Assembly: GCF_026210795.1 (NCBI RefSeq)
Contig: NC_089434.1
Span: forward strand, 3,720,001-3,784,000
Length of the DNA stretch: 64,000 nucleotides
Direction: 5' to 3'
From: Rhizophagus irregularis
Lineage: Eukaryota
Position 1 is the stretch's first letter. Each line of letters starts with the position of its first letter. The position numbers and the translations under genes are program-made. This document shows positions 28,075 to 40,499 of the stretch, one piece after another. Below the pieces are notes generated by a model. The model saw only the letters and a list, made by a program, of their open reading frames with translations, was not told the DNA's origin and did no database searches.

Positions 28075-28965
28075 TTTTTCAGGTTTTGACCGATCTTTGG
28101 ACAATAAGCTTATGCAAGATTTCGAAGGTATTACTACTTCGAAATTTTTTTTAACATGAAATGTTCGCTTCATTCTTTTTTTAGGTTTCAGACGTTGGAT
28201 TTAATGAGGATAAAACTTTACTAAGGAAGCCGAAAATAGGTACTTGATTCCTATTTCGAAGATAAACTTTCGAAATTCTATCTGAGACGCAGGACGCTAC
28301 TTCAACATTTCGAAGGTATTGTATGATTTGGATCTTCGAAGTTAATAATTTTGTTATTTTATTACAACGAAACGTTAGCTAACAACTTTGTTTTGTTTTT
28401 TTGTAAAATATAAGTCCTGAACTCTGGTACAATCTTGTTTTTTTTTCTCTAACTTTTTTAATTAATGCTTATTAACGCTTCGTTGATTTTTTTTTTAGGT
28501 TTTAAGATTTCGAAATCTTGAACGAACATGATTGGTAAATTCGTCGACTTCGACATATTTTTTTACAGATATTTGCTTTTTTATTTTTAAGAAAGTGGTT
28601 TATTAAAATTTATTTCATTTGTCTCTTTAGGACTTACAAATAAATCAAAATTGGATGGAATATATGGAATTTCGAAGGTATTTACTTTCAAAAAGTCAAA
28701 AAGAAAAATTTTTTATAACAAAATGTAATGAATTTCAATTTTCTCTTTTTGTAGGTCTGTATACGGCTTCTTAGACGCGTTTTGAGCGTAATTTTGAATA
28801 TAAGCACTTCAAATCTTTTTTAATTTTTAGTTCTTTTGTTAAAAACGAAACACGAGTTGACATTTCGTATTTTCTCTGCTTTTCTTACGATAGGTCAGCT
28901 TCCTGGACTTGGACGCCATTTTTGAGTTTGAAGATATATTTTTTTCTTTGAAATTAGGTATGGCT
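28075..28965 (+). repeat. Degenerate repeat of short exon-like units bounded by splice-like sites, no ORF
   Basis: Recurrent ttcgaag|gtatt donors (~28128, 28315, 28677) and pyrimidine-rich ag| acceptors (~28082, 28184, 28498, 28630, 28754, 28893). Confidence 0.5.
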
Positions 28966-29053
28966 TCGAAAATATTATACCGTATCTTCTTCTTATTGTT
29001 TAGCTTTTTTAACGAAATAATACTAATTTTTCAGTTTCTTTTTGTAAACAAGA

Positions 29054-29172
29054 CCCTATAAAAAATTTTTATCCGAATATTTCCATTATTTCTCCGTGTC
29101 TTCCGTAAAAATTCCGTGAAAACGATACATTCACGGAAAAAACATGGTAAGATAAAACACGGATCGCATTTT
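29054..29172. mobile_element. Truncated CCCTATAAAAAA-family MITE
   Basis: The left end ccctataaaaaatttttatccg matches 49293. The right end is truncated after cggatcgc. Confidence 0.6.
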
Positions 29173-29399
29173 TAATCTAAAATAATCAGCCTGAAGATTC
29201 TATTTTTAATAGAACTGGATATACAATACATATTACATTAACAAAATACGTGTATAGACAAAATCTAAATAACACATACTTAGATTTATTAGTTGAGATA
29301 AAATATCTGATTTTCACATGAATCATATCATTGGTTCGTGTGAAAATGTGGCATAGTACTGTTACGGGTATAAATGATCAACCGTTAGGCTGATCATTT

Positions 29400-30100
29400 T
29401 GATTCTAGTGCATAACTTGTTTATCTCCTGCCATTTACACAAATATAATATACATATACTCACTGCCCAGGTTCTGCATAATTGTGTAAATGGGACCAAT
29501 AAGTTGCACACCCGATTATGTCTAACGTTCAACCGATTCATAACTAGATTACATCTATGTAAATTTCTTTAGGCTTATTTGTCCTTAGCTGTGTCTTGGT
29601 TGTCATCTATGCTAGCACTGCCCAAGGATCTTCCCGGATATGTTGATTGAATAATTCATTCATAGTCACAGGTGCAGTAAAATTTACGACAAGCCGGCAC
29701 GGTCGCAGTTATAGATTGGCTTTTGAAGGCTTTTTGGGGCTAATTATGGGATGTCTCAGTATCTCGCTTCCGCCTGTAAAGTTCCATTTAAAATCTTTAT
29801 ATGAATCCACTTACTATGATTTCATTGGATCTCATCTTAATGATACAGCATGTCAGTAAGCCTCTTTTTCAAAAAACAAGTTTTTTATCATTAATTTACG
29901 TACTGCCAAGGTCTATATAACGGACCCCAATTCATTGAATTCTCTTTAAGCTCTTCATTCGTGAGTTTCCTCTGGTAAGAAATAGTTGTTTGGTGATTGC
30001 AATTAATTATTCCAATCATTTTGATACATATTTTTTTTTTATTTTTACAGCGAGTCGGAGTATTATAGAATGAATAATAAGTTACCAAAAGGAAGGTAGT
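29400..30100 (-). pseudogene. Decayed ORF of unknown function, possibly retroelement or viral accessory
   Basis: One minus frame across ~29400-29860: DFKWNFTGGSEILRHPIISPKKPSKANL*LRPCRLVVNFTAPVTMNELFNQHIREDPWAVLA*MTTKTQL...CATYWSHLHNYAEPGQ*. It is interrupted by point stops and is more GC-rich than its flanks. Confidence 0.5.
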
Positions 30101-30104
30101 AACC

Positions 30105-30285
30105 TGATTGATAACTTATCGAGTACTAAAATCAACCAAACACCATTAGAATCCATTCGACAACCAAGTGCTTAGAATCAAACCAAACACTAATTTAACC
30201 TATTCAACAATCGGAATTCTTAGAATCAACCAAACGCTAATCAAATCCATTCAAACAATCTAGTGCTTAGAAATTAGAATCAGCC
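30105..30285. repeat. Degenerate ~45-50 bp tandem repeat (tagaatcaaccaaac...ccattc.acaa..agtgc), 3-4 copies
   Basis: Directly visible, adjacent to the 5' end of the decayed ORF. Confidence 0.7.
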
Positions 30286-32589
30286 ATATGTGTAAGTGAC
30301 TATTTTCTCATTTATCACTTTACAATGTAATTATAAACATTAACAAACTTTCTTTCCCTTTTAATTTACAAAAAAGATTTCAAAATTCATTAATATCGAG
30401 GGTGAAGATACTTAATTGACCTTAATCCAAAGCTGAATCCGATTTAAAGAACTGAATTTTTTTTTAACAACTAATGATAAACTAATATTAATAGATAATG
30501 CTAGGAAATAATTGTGAAACCAAACTTAGTATTAATAGATAATGCCAGAGAATGAAAACCGCGTTTTTTTTTAACTTAATATTTTAAATTAAATTTTATG
30601 TGAATGAATAAACCAAATATTCAACATCTAACGGGTGTCATAAATAATCACCTGTGAAACCCTTGTTTTTTGAATTTATGGTTTATTTCATTCAAAAAAA
30701 TTAAGTTTTTTCCTTTAAATTTACCCACTATTTGTACTTTTTATTTATTTAATCAAGTTTTTATTTTTATTTATTTTATTTTTTATTTCTATAATATAAA
30801 GACGAGAATAGAGAATAGAACTAAATTTTTTATTTATCTTTTTAATCAAATAAATTTTGTTAATTGTAATCAACGTGATAACATTGTAATTCTCATTAAT
30901 TTAACAAGCGTTTTATGTATATATATAAAAAAAAAAGCAATAAACTTGTCTATTAAAAATATTAATTGAAATATTAAGTTTAATTTAAAAATTATGGATA
31001 ATTAAATTTATTTTAATGGTAAAATTACGTCTCAAGTGTCAGAAGAAAGCGATACAAATATTACAGCTTTGAGTAATTTATATTAATTTCTACTTAATAT
31101 TTTTTCATTATTAATCGTCGTCGACAATTATTTCGGTTTGTTTTTGCGCACGCATCCTACTTGCGATGTATTTTTTTTTGGTCTGACCTACTTATAATTT
31201 TTTTTCTGACTTTTTTGTTGCCTTCTCTCCAATTAATATATTGATTTCTTTCGCATTAATCGCATTTATTTTGCTCTAAAAAATAAAAGTTTTTCTTCTG
31301 AGAAGGGGGGATACAGGATGTTTAGTTAATAAATTAAATCCGGAATCATTTTATTTCGTCAGTATTCTAAAAAAAAAAAAAATTCGAAAAAATTTTTCGA
31401 GTGACACAAATTGTAGCACATCATCATTGCATGTCAGAAATACCAATAATAATTTCTTTACATTTTAATTCTTTATATTATTCCATATAATAAATAATTA
31501 TAAATCAAAGTATAAAGCATCGTGTTCCACGAATTGATCTTACTTTGTCTAAAATATAATTCATATCTAAATAATGCCCAGTCATTCATGTGAATGAAAA
31601 TAATGTTAATATTAGTGATATTAACAAAAAACCTATTATATCTACTATATATCTATTTTGTGGACATTTATTATTACTATCTTTTGCCTATTGATATTGA
31701 TATTGACACTAATCCGATAGATAATTCTCAAATATTGAATAGTGAATTTAATTGACCAAAAAAATATTAATTATCATTAAATATGAGTGTGATTGTATGA
31801 ACAAAATCTTGTGGTTTATATCTCTTTCTCTTGTTGAAGATAATCAAAATGATTATTTTAATATATAATGTTTATAATATCAAAAATTCCTATCGCTATC
31901 ATGTGCGGTACACTATGACATTAGTATCCAAAATAATCCAATGCAATGTTCTTAATTTTCATATCCACCGAATTTAGCAAACCTATCTTGTTATATATAT
32001 ATATATATACACGTTTCTTCTGATAAAGCCTAATTGATTTTTATTTCGTAATATAAATCCTAATCTTTCACAATAAATTAAATAATTTACTTAATTGCTG
32101 AAATCAAAGTGAAGAAAAAATTGCTTATTAACGCTTATATAATTTGATAGAATATCATGTGATTAATCGCATCTTGAAAAAAAAGTGAATTTTAGTTAAC
32201 TTGATCTAACTACCTTAAGTATTAACCAAAACCATTTATTACACATAAAATGATATAATTAAATGAATTTCACTAAGAATTTGTAACAATTATCATTGAG
32301 CAAAGATACATTGAAAGGAATATTTGCAGTTGCAAATATACTTACTGTATTACAGGTTATGTCATCAAATAAGCATAACAAAAAAAAAATTTTAATTCTT
32401 TATTAATATAAATTATTCTTAAAATATAAAATCCAATAAATCTATATTATGTAAATAAAATACTAAGATAAAAATTTATAAAATATAATAGATAAATGAA
32501 TGAAAAATAGAAGTAAACTAACTTCAATACATGAATTATTATTATTAATATTTAAACTATCTGACATCAACTTTCACATAAAAGAAACT

Positions 32590-34497
32590 TCATTCAATAT
32601 TATGTTCATCATCTTGATAAATGTCATTTAGTTCTATAAAATATAACAAATTAGATATAGAATATTAATAAAATTATTTGACAAATAATAATAACTTACC
32701 TAATTCACTTAATTGAACATCTAAGCATTCTGAAACTGTATATTATGTATTTATAGTATTTAAATGTTAATAAATTTAAATAAATAATTATAATAATAAA
32801 GGGAATACTTACTTAGATTTTCTGATGTTGATTGAGCAGTATAACTAGTGTCTATTAAAAATAAAAATAACATTAATGATATAAAATGGATTATATAATA
32901 AAATAAAATAAAATAAAATTTAATTACCTGAACTAAATTGAAAAGATGGTAAATCTGAAGAATTTACTGGTTTTGGAAGATTTTTGAAATTTAAAAGTCT
33001 ACTAGTATAAATTGCTTGTGGATGTGTTTGGAAGCTTTTGTATTTATCTTCATTTGACCTGTTTTTGAATTTTTCTTCTCTAGTTTTATCACATCCTTCT
33101 AATTGAAGATAAATTTCAGTTTCACTATTATCTTTTTCCTCATTCCATTTTGTTAATATCTGATACAATTCCTTAATGGTTGGTCTATTTTTTATTTCAG
33201 CATCCCAACATTTTATTATCAAATCTGCAAGTAACTTTGGTATGTCTTTAGAAATTGTTGGTCTAATTCCTTTACATATTTTAATAGCTAAAAATTCATT
33301 ATGAGGAATATCATTAAAAGGAATTTCTTCAGAAAGAAATTCATTCATTATTATTCCAAATGAGTAAATATCTGCTGCTTTTGTATATTGTTGTCCACGT
33401 AAAACTTCTGGTGCCATATATGGTAATACTCCATAAATTCCTTCTTCTTTAACTGTTTGCTTTATATTTGCTGGTTGACACATTCCTAAATCACTTATAA
33501 ATGGACAATGATTATCAAGTAATATATTACCTGAATGAAAATCTTTGTGAACTTTTTCAGCATTATGAATATCTAAAAGTCCTCTTGCAATTTGTTGTAA
33601 TTTATCAATTTTTGATTTATAATTGATATAATGTTTAGATTTATTTAAATAATTTCTCAAATTTCCACCATTACAATAAAATAAAACTATCATATACTCT
33701 TTATTATTTGGATTTTGAGTGATTCCATAACATTGAACAATATCATAAAAATGAATCTGAAGATAAGATTTAATCTAATTATCATCAAAAAGGAAAAATT
33801 TTATTAATAAATAAATGCAAATAACAAACTTTATATATAAGACAAAATAAGTTTAAATTACCTCATCTAAAAAATCTGAACATATATCAGAAAAATTATT
33901 CAAACTTTTCAATACATATTTATCATGTGGACTTCTATACCATTTTTGATTTTTAATATCCCAATATTCAATATCTCCTTCAGGCCATTCAGCTGTATAA
34001 ATCTTACCAAAACCACCTTTTGCAATATAATTGATATTTTGAAATTTTCCAAAAGGTATCCATTCAAGATATTTTTTATGATGTACAGCATTAAGTTGTG
34101 ATTGCTGTATAAATTCATCAATATCTTTATTTCCACTAGTCCAATTTTTAAAGTTATCTTTAAATCTTTTAGCATTACAAGGTTGACACCATTTCCATCC
34201 TGTGCCAGGTTCTTTACATTCTCCACATATTCCATACGCTTGTATTCTTTTTTCCACATCCTCTATATAAACTACTCTTTCATCTACATTTTCTGATTCA
34301 ATAGTTGAATCAATAGTAGGAATTGTAACATGGACCTTTTAATAGACAAAAAATCATTAATATTTTTAACTACAAAAATTCAATAAAATAATTATAATTA
34401 TTAAAAATATTAAATTGCTTACCTGATATTTATCTCCATCAGTATCCTCCCATAAATTTTTTGGGGTTTCATCCATATTAATTGAGCTGTGGATCAT
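32590..34497 (-). CDS. Tyrosine-kinase-like (TKL) protein kinase of the AMF expanded family, 6 exons, ~504 aa
   Basis: Exons 34497-34423, 34335-33862, 33774-32928, 32851-32813, 32735-32700 and 32633-32590 join via GT-AG introns (1515 nt). Motifs: CxxC..WCxxC, FKNWTSGN, LEWIPF, IAKGGFG, VLK, HKDFHSGN, DLG, YMAPE, DIYSFG. Confidence 0.92.
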
Positions 34498-34751
34498 AAT
34501 TTTAATTTTAGTTATATAAATAAATAAATAACTACGTTGTTCAAAGTAAATTTCAGAATTATTATAGGTAAAAGAAAAAAATTATGAACGAAGTTACGCA
34601 CATTTGTATTACTTATTTGTATTGCTATTCGTAGTACAATGATCTTACCACACTATTATATACAAAAATTACTATTGTTGTAACAAAGAAAATTCGTGAT
34701 CATCATAAAAAATAAATCTAACCCGAAATGGTTAAATGAAAAATGCGAAGT

Positions 34752-34965
34752 TAGTGTTTCGATCCGGATAAAACCTCAAATATTTTAACGTGGGATTATA
34801 ATTAAAAAAGGTTACAAATTTCGGCTTTGAGTGGACTATAATTTCGGCCAGAATTAAAATAATATTAATCCATAAATTTTTATTAATTTTGGTGGTCCCA
34901 GCCTAAATTAACCGAGCCGGTATCCGGATAAAAACCGGATAAAACCGCTACGGATCGAAACTCTA
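34752..34965. mobile_element. hAT MITE, 214 bp, perfect 8-bp TSD TGCGAAGT
   Basis: TIRs tagtgtttcgatccg / cggatcgaaactcta. TSD at 34744-34751 and 34966-34973. It lies ~255 bp upstream of the kinase ATG. Confidence 0.9.
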
Positions 34966-35091
34966 TGCGAAGTAAAAATATTTCGGTAATATAATTTTTT
35001 TCTTGTATTTTCAAAAATAATAAACCCATAATAGAAAAATCATTGCCAAATTATATATCAAAAATAAATTAGTTTGAAATAAAAATTTTAA

Positions 35092-35692
35092 TTAATTGCC
35101 GATTCGCCACTCAGCGATACAAAATGATCGGCAATCTATAATTAATCTCGTCGGACATTTTTATATTAAATACTATTGCTTCGGAATGGTGTTTGCACAA
35201 GTTTGAAAACGTTTTGTTGTAATATAAATGCCCTAAAAATACATTTAAAAAAGGTGTTACATTACTTAGGTATAGGTTTTATAAAACTGGTAAAACTAAA
35301 ACATTGCCAAAAAAAAAAAAAAAATTTTTTTTATTTTCTTTTTTTTAAACATTATTTTGTTAATCTAAGCAAGAATATACCGTATATTATATAATAGTAC
35401 ATAAAAACCTTGTTAAATTTGCAAAATTCGTGAATAATTGGTGTAAAGTTACCTAAAATATGAGCTGGAATGGTGACTTCCTCCAAAGTAAACTCTTTAA
35501 ATTTTATAACAAACGAAAAAAAATTTTTTTATCACGTTTGGCATTATTGATTGGTAAAGTATGGTTACGTTAAGCATGACTTATGTAGGACAAAATTGGA
35601 GTTGAAATGTGCCGATCAACGTCATTCATATAAGAACTTGCGACGGATCTACTAATCAATTTTGTATCGTTGAGTGGCGGATTGGCAATTAA
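35092..35692. mobile_element. Non-autonomous TIR element with TTAATTGCC...GGCAATTAA ends, ~600 bp
   Basis: TIRs ttaattgccgattcgccactcagcgatacaaaat / attttgtatcgttgagtggcggattggcaattaa. Confidence 0.8.
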
Positions 35693-36609
35693 TATATATT
35701 TTTAATTAACGAAAATTAAGGTGGATACAGATTATAGTTCGCACATAAACTTTTTTTTGTATTTACGCTAGGAAGATAAATAAATAATATTATATGATTG
35801 GTTAAAATGAACCTTGTCTAGTAAATATGGTAAATGAAAGAAATATAAGGTATTTCATATTATCCGTATGGAAACATTATAGGATCGAAAATTTATTGTA
35901 TATACGTAAATAAATAATAATCTTGAAAAGTTTATTATGCAATTTTAAATTGAGTAAATTTTAAAACAAAAAGAAAATTTATTTATCTTTTATCTTAAAC
36001 GATATTCATTTAATTATGTATTAAGAGATACAGATATTTTTTGAATTGAGACCATATTTTCCTTATTACCTTTGCACTAATTATCTTACTAATCTTTGAT
36101 GAGGCGTAAAAAAATTAAGAATGAATAAAGTGTAAAAATTATGGTCAGATAGTAAATAGCTTTTGTATTAACAAATCCATTTCTATGATAAAAATATTAA
36201 TGAGTGTTTTTAAATACATATTTTGAATATTGTATTTTATAGAGAATTTTCAAAATTAATGCAAAAAATGTCAAATATTTCACGCAAAATGAAATAATTA
36301 GAAAGACCAGGATTCAAGAACATATGAAGTAATGCTTGTTTCTGCAAGTTTACACAAAGGAATTAAGATTACGGAGGCGACCTTTCAGATTAAATTTTAA
36401 TAGTAGTTTAATATATATTGTTTAGATAAATGGTATATTTTTGTTTGTAAATTTCGTGTAGCAATAAAGTTTAATAGAATTTTAACAAGGAAGTTTTTTT
36501 TTTAAAATAACGAATTCGTATATCACGTGAAGCAATTTAAAGTGCGCAGCATAACAATGTGTATTTCGGAATTTTTTTTTTAATTACGAAATTCTAAAAA
36601 AGAAATAAC

Positions 36610-36970
36610 CAACAAATGATTTAAAAATTTTTCATTATTATTGAAATATGCGCTTATTAAACATAGTTGGTACAAACATATATGAAACATGTCAAATAAA
36701 CGAATAAACGTTTATAAAAATATTTACAATGAATTTTGCATACAAAAAAAAAACTTCATTCAAAATCCTTAATAGGCTGATCAATTTTACTTGATTATGT
36801 TTTTAATTAATAACTACATAAAAAAATAAAAGATATTGTTTAAGAATTCCGATGTATACTTGGCGTTTTAGAATTGGTCATCGTGTCATGTCATTTTTTG
36901 TTTATATTTTTTTTAAAAAAAGAATAAGGAATCACATAAAATAATGACGGAGGTATCTTGTAAAAAGGAA
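36610..36970 (-). repeat. Dispersed repeat copy, related to 40500-40930 and, inverted, to the 53.6-59.6 kb array unit
   Basis: The 23-mer ttggcgttttagaattggtcatc is identical at 36860 and 40807. Both also share tttacaatgaattt and aataaacgaataaa. Confidence 0.7.
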
Positions 36971-37330
36971 AATAGTTACCGTAATATGAATAAATTTAAT
37001 AAATTATTCTTCTCAAACCATTTTTTTTTTTAAAAAAAAAGAATTTGAAATTGTATTAATTGTATTACGTAATTTTATCTTTATCATATATAATAAAGCT
37101 TTTAGTAGATATGATTATATACTAAGGCATTATAAGATTTATAAGATCTAATACTACACGCAATCGTAGCGAAATTGTATTTATATTTATATTATATTTC
37201 ATAACCCGCTAATAATTATAATATTTTTCTTTTTTTTAATATAATAATATTATAATACATAAAATTCGTAATATCATTACCTTATTATAAAAATTGTCAA
37301 AGTTGAAACATCTTTATAATCTAGTATTAC

Positions 37331-38015
37331 GGTATATTTTGTCGAAATCCATCTCACCGCGGAAGGGATATTTCACCGAAGGGACGTTTCGTTGAAAGGA
37401 TTTTTCGTCGAAAGTGCATTTTATCGAATCTATTTCACCGAATCTTTTCATTTTGCCGAATTCCATTTCGCCAATTGGACATTTCTCTGAAAATGGTAGC
37501 GATTAACATTTTAATAAAAAAACATCGCGCAATGAAAATAAAAATTAAATCATTTTTAGAGAATTTTTTTTTTCCAGGATATTACTATCAATTTAACATT
37601 CAGGTAACTGATATTAATTGTTAAGAAATAAATAATAACTTATTTTCCTGAAAACATTTATTCACGAAAAAGTAAGTAAAAAAAGACTATTAATATATAT
37701 AAACAACGAGATAAATTTAATAAAATTCAGCTAATTCAAAATTTTTTCTAGAAAACATTTCTTTTATATATTTAGTATAAAAACAATAAAATAATCAAAT
37801 GGAATAAATAATAATTTTTCGACGAAATGTCCTGTTTTATTTGATAAAATGGCTTCGGTGAAATGGGGGTTTCGATGAAATGGTATTTCAGTGAGACGTC
37901 CTTTCGATGAAAATCCCTTCGGTGAAATATCCCTTTGGTGAAATATTCCTTCGACGAAATGGCTTCGGTGAAATGGGTTTCGGTGAAATGGACTTTGGCG
38001 AAAAGTTCAGATACC
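37331..38015. mobile_element. Foldback/MULE-like non-autonomous element with long TIRs made of tttc(a/g)ccgaa repeats
   Basis: The left arm has tttcaccgaa/tttcgtcgaa repeats and the right arm has ttcggtgaaa/ttcgacgaaa repeats. Ends are ggtat...atacc, flanked by the direct repeat ataatctagtatta. Confidence 0.8.
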
Positions 38016-38145
38016 ATAATCTAGTATTAAGAAACCATTTTGAATAAAATTTTAATCTTACAAACCACGTTCAATTTATCTACTTTAGATACTAGTAATC
38101 ATGATTATTTATTTTGTCACATTTTACAGATTATTATATTCGGAA

Positions 38146-38456
38146 TAGAGGTTGGAACCGATATTCGACCTTCAGATTTAAACCAAAATTCGAATAAAAT
38201 GAAAAACCGGATATAATAAATCTGGATACAACGAAACAACCGGATATAATAAATCTGGATACAACGAAACAACCGGATATAATAAATCTGGATACAACGA
38301 GACAACCGGATACAATAAATCTGGATACAACGAAGGAACCGGATATATAAATAAATTCGAAAATCTAAAAACTGAAAGTTCAGTTCCTTCGTTTCATGAA
38401 TAATTCGAGGAAACCGGATATGTTACAGGTTAAAATAACTCTTGTTCGAAACTCTA
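38146..38456. mobile_element. hAT MITE with internal 33-bp tandem repeats, 8-bp TSD ATT(C/T)GGAA
   Basis: Ends tagaggttggaac / gttcgaaactcta. TSD attcggaa at 38138-38145 versus atttggaa at 38457-38464. About 4 copies of aaccggatataataaatctggatacaacgaaac. Confidence 0.85.
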
Positions 38457-38995
38457 ATTTGGAAATCTAAATAGTAGTAGAAGAAAGTCACATGTTAAAT
38501 ATCAACACTTTGTTGCTAATGTTTAAAATCGTGTTTATTTTCTTAATTGGAAATTCTAATTGAAACGTAAATTCTGAAGATCATATAATGAATAATAAAT
38601 TTTTAATGAAATTAATATTTATAATATCTGATATATAAAAATTAATATAAAAACAATAAATTAAAAATTCTTTAACTAGTTGAATTTTTTTATAGAATAA
38701 ATTTCATGAACGCGATTAGATAATATTGTATAAATGCCATTTTCCTCGCAGGGATGCATGATTCCATAAAATGTAGTGGCTTTATTAATAATTATATGCA
38801 TATTACATATTCGTTTCGTCAAATAACAAAAATGAATTTGGAAGCTTTTTTTATTGAGAACTAACTGGAGAAACGCTACAATTCTGGATTACTATATAGT
38901 GGTGGAATATACCGACGTTCATATAGTACTTTGAATTTTCAGCCAAGTATTTATTTAATTGAATTTCATTTCCTGACATTTTAACAAGTTTGAAT

Positions 38996-39331
38996 TAGAG
39001 TTTGGAATCGATTAAGGTTAATCGATTAATTAATCAAAAATCGGTTAATCGATTAAAATTATCCAAACCATAATTCTGGTCAAATTATCGCGGCTCAGAG
39101 CTGTGAATTTTGGTCACGTGTTCTCCGAACTTGGACGAGTTTGTATTAATTTTTTAATAATAATAATAATAAAATAAGACTTTCCTATAATTAAATGTAT
39201 GATCAAAAACAATTTGGTGCAATCGCGGCCAAAAAAAATGGTTTTAATATTAATCGATTATGAATCGATTAGGGTCCTTAGTTAATCGATTATTAATCGG
39301 TTAAGGTTTTTTTGGTCGGTTCCAACCTCTA
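38996..39331. mobile_element. hAT MITE, 8-bp TSD GTTTGAA(T/A)
   Basis: Ends tagagtttggaatcga / tcggttccaacctcta, with subterminal aatcgatt repeats. TSD matches at 7 of 8 bases (38988-38995, 39332-39339). Confidence 0.85.
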
Positions 39332-39723
39332 GTTTGAAAGGCATTTTCATTAGAAGAAAGGGAAATATTCAAAAAAAAAATTTTTTTTTTATTAACATGA
39401 AATAAATGCTGAATATAAGTTTTTCGTTCCGTATGTTGTTCTGATAAAAATCCGGGTTAGAAAGAAATCTATAACATAAACTTGCGTATGACTTATGCAA
39501 TGCATAATCACCTTCCATCAATATGAAATTCATTTTAATTAAGTGATCTTGTTGTAACTTTAAACAATTCTATATAATCTTTCTTTTGTTCTAAATATAA
39601 TTAAGATTTATGGGCACTGAGACAATATTAAGATGACCTCAGATTAAATCTTTTTAAATGTTGTAATTTTCGTTCATTCAATTGATCTATTGATAATAAA
39701 CTATATCATATCAATGATAGGTA

Positions 39724-39834
39724 CCTTATAAAAAATTTTCAGAAAAATGATCACGCGTCTGAGTTTCTTTGGAATAAAAACTATTAGAAAAATGATCATT
39801 TATCGGATTTCTTTCCAGAATTTTTTTTATAGGG
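39724..39834. mobile_element. Internally deleted derivative of the element at 62647-63566
   Basis: Shares cagaaaaatgatcacg.gtctgagtttctt and gatcatttatc with 62647-62730, and cggattt..ttccagaattt with ~62808. Ends ...tttttataggg. Confidence 0.75.
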
Positions 39835-40499
39835 TGGTCAGTTTTTACTATTGTATAATGCATTTTAAAATGTCCTAAACAAAATTTACAAATCAAATTT
39901 GTGTACGCGTAAAATTGCGTTACCTTGGAATATTAAATCATTTTATTCACTGCATGGATAGTTCAATAATTGTACTAACTTTTTATGAAGTAACAAAATT
40001 AGCATGTTTATAAACTAAATTTCATAAATTATTATTTAAAATATGACAAATAATTGTTAATTATATATTATAAAATTTATTTAATATATTTTACTGAAAA
40101 AATCAGTTCGTTGTATGCTTGAAATAAAAGAATCATTCCACAATTCTTAATATTTTCATAAAGCCGGTGAAGCATACTTTTTATAGACGAGTTTATTTAA
40201 CTGAAAATATCATTGTATCATTGAAGTTGATAGGTTTCTTTTAGAATGAAAAAGAATTAATTAATTCACAAAATCGTTTAATAATGCCTTAAAATTTTGC
40301 AGATCCTTGGCCGACACATAACATAATTCTGGCCAGGTCACATGACGCATTTCCTTTTTCGTTTTTTAACGACAGATGGAAAGGAGCTTCCATATGTTTG
40401 TTTTAGGCGTCATAAAATGAATTACGTAAAAAATGCTGTATAACAATGTGATCATCGACGGCGTATTTCATGATACGTTTTAAGATATGAATTTCTGTA

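Noticed and set aside
33909..34296. Alternative-frame and antisense ORFs over kinase exon 2
   Set aside because: They are explained by the kinase reading frame.
38205..38345. 33-bp repeats that could suggest a CRISPR array
   Set aside because: The repeats are contiguous with no unique spacers, lie inside a hAT MITE, and the context is eukaryotic with no cas genes.
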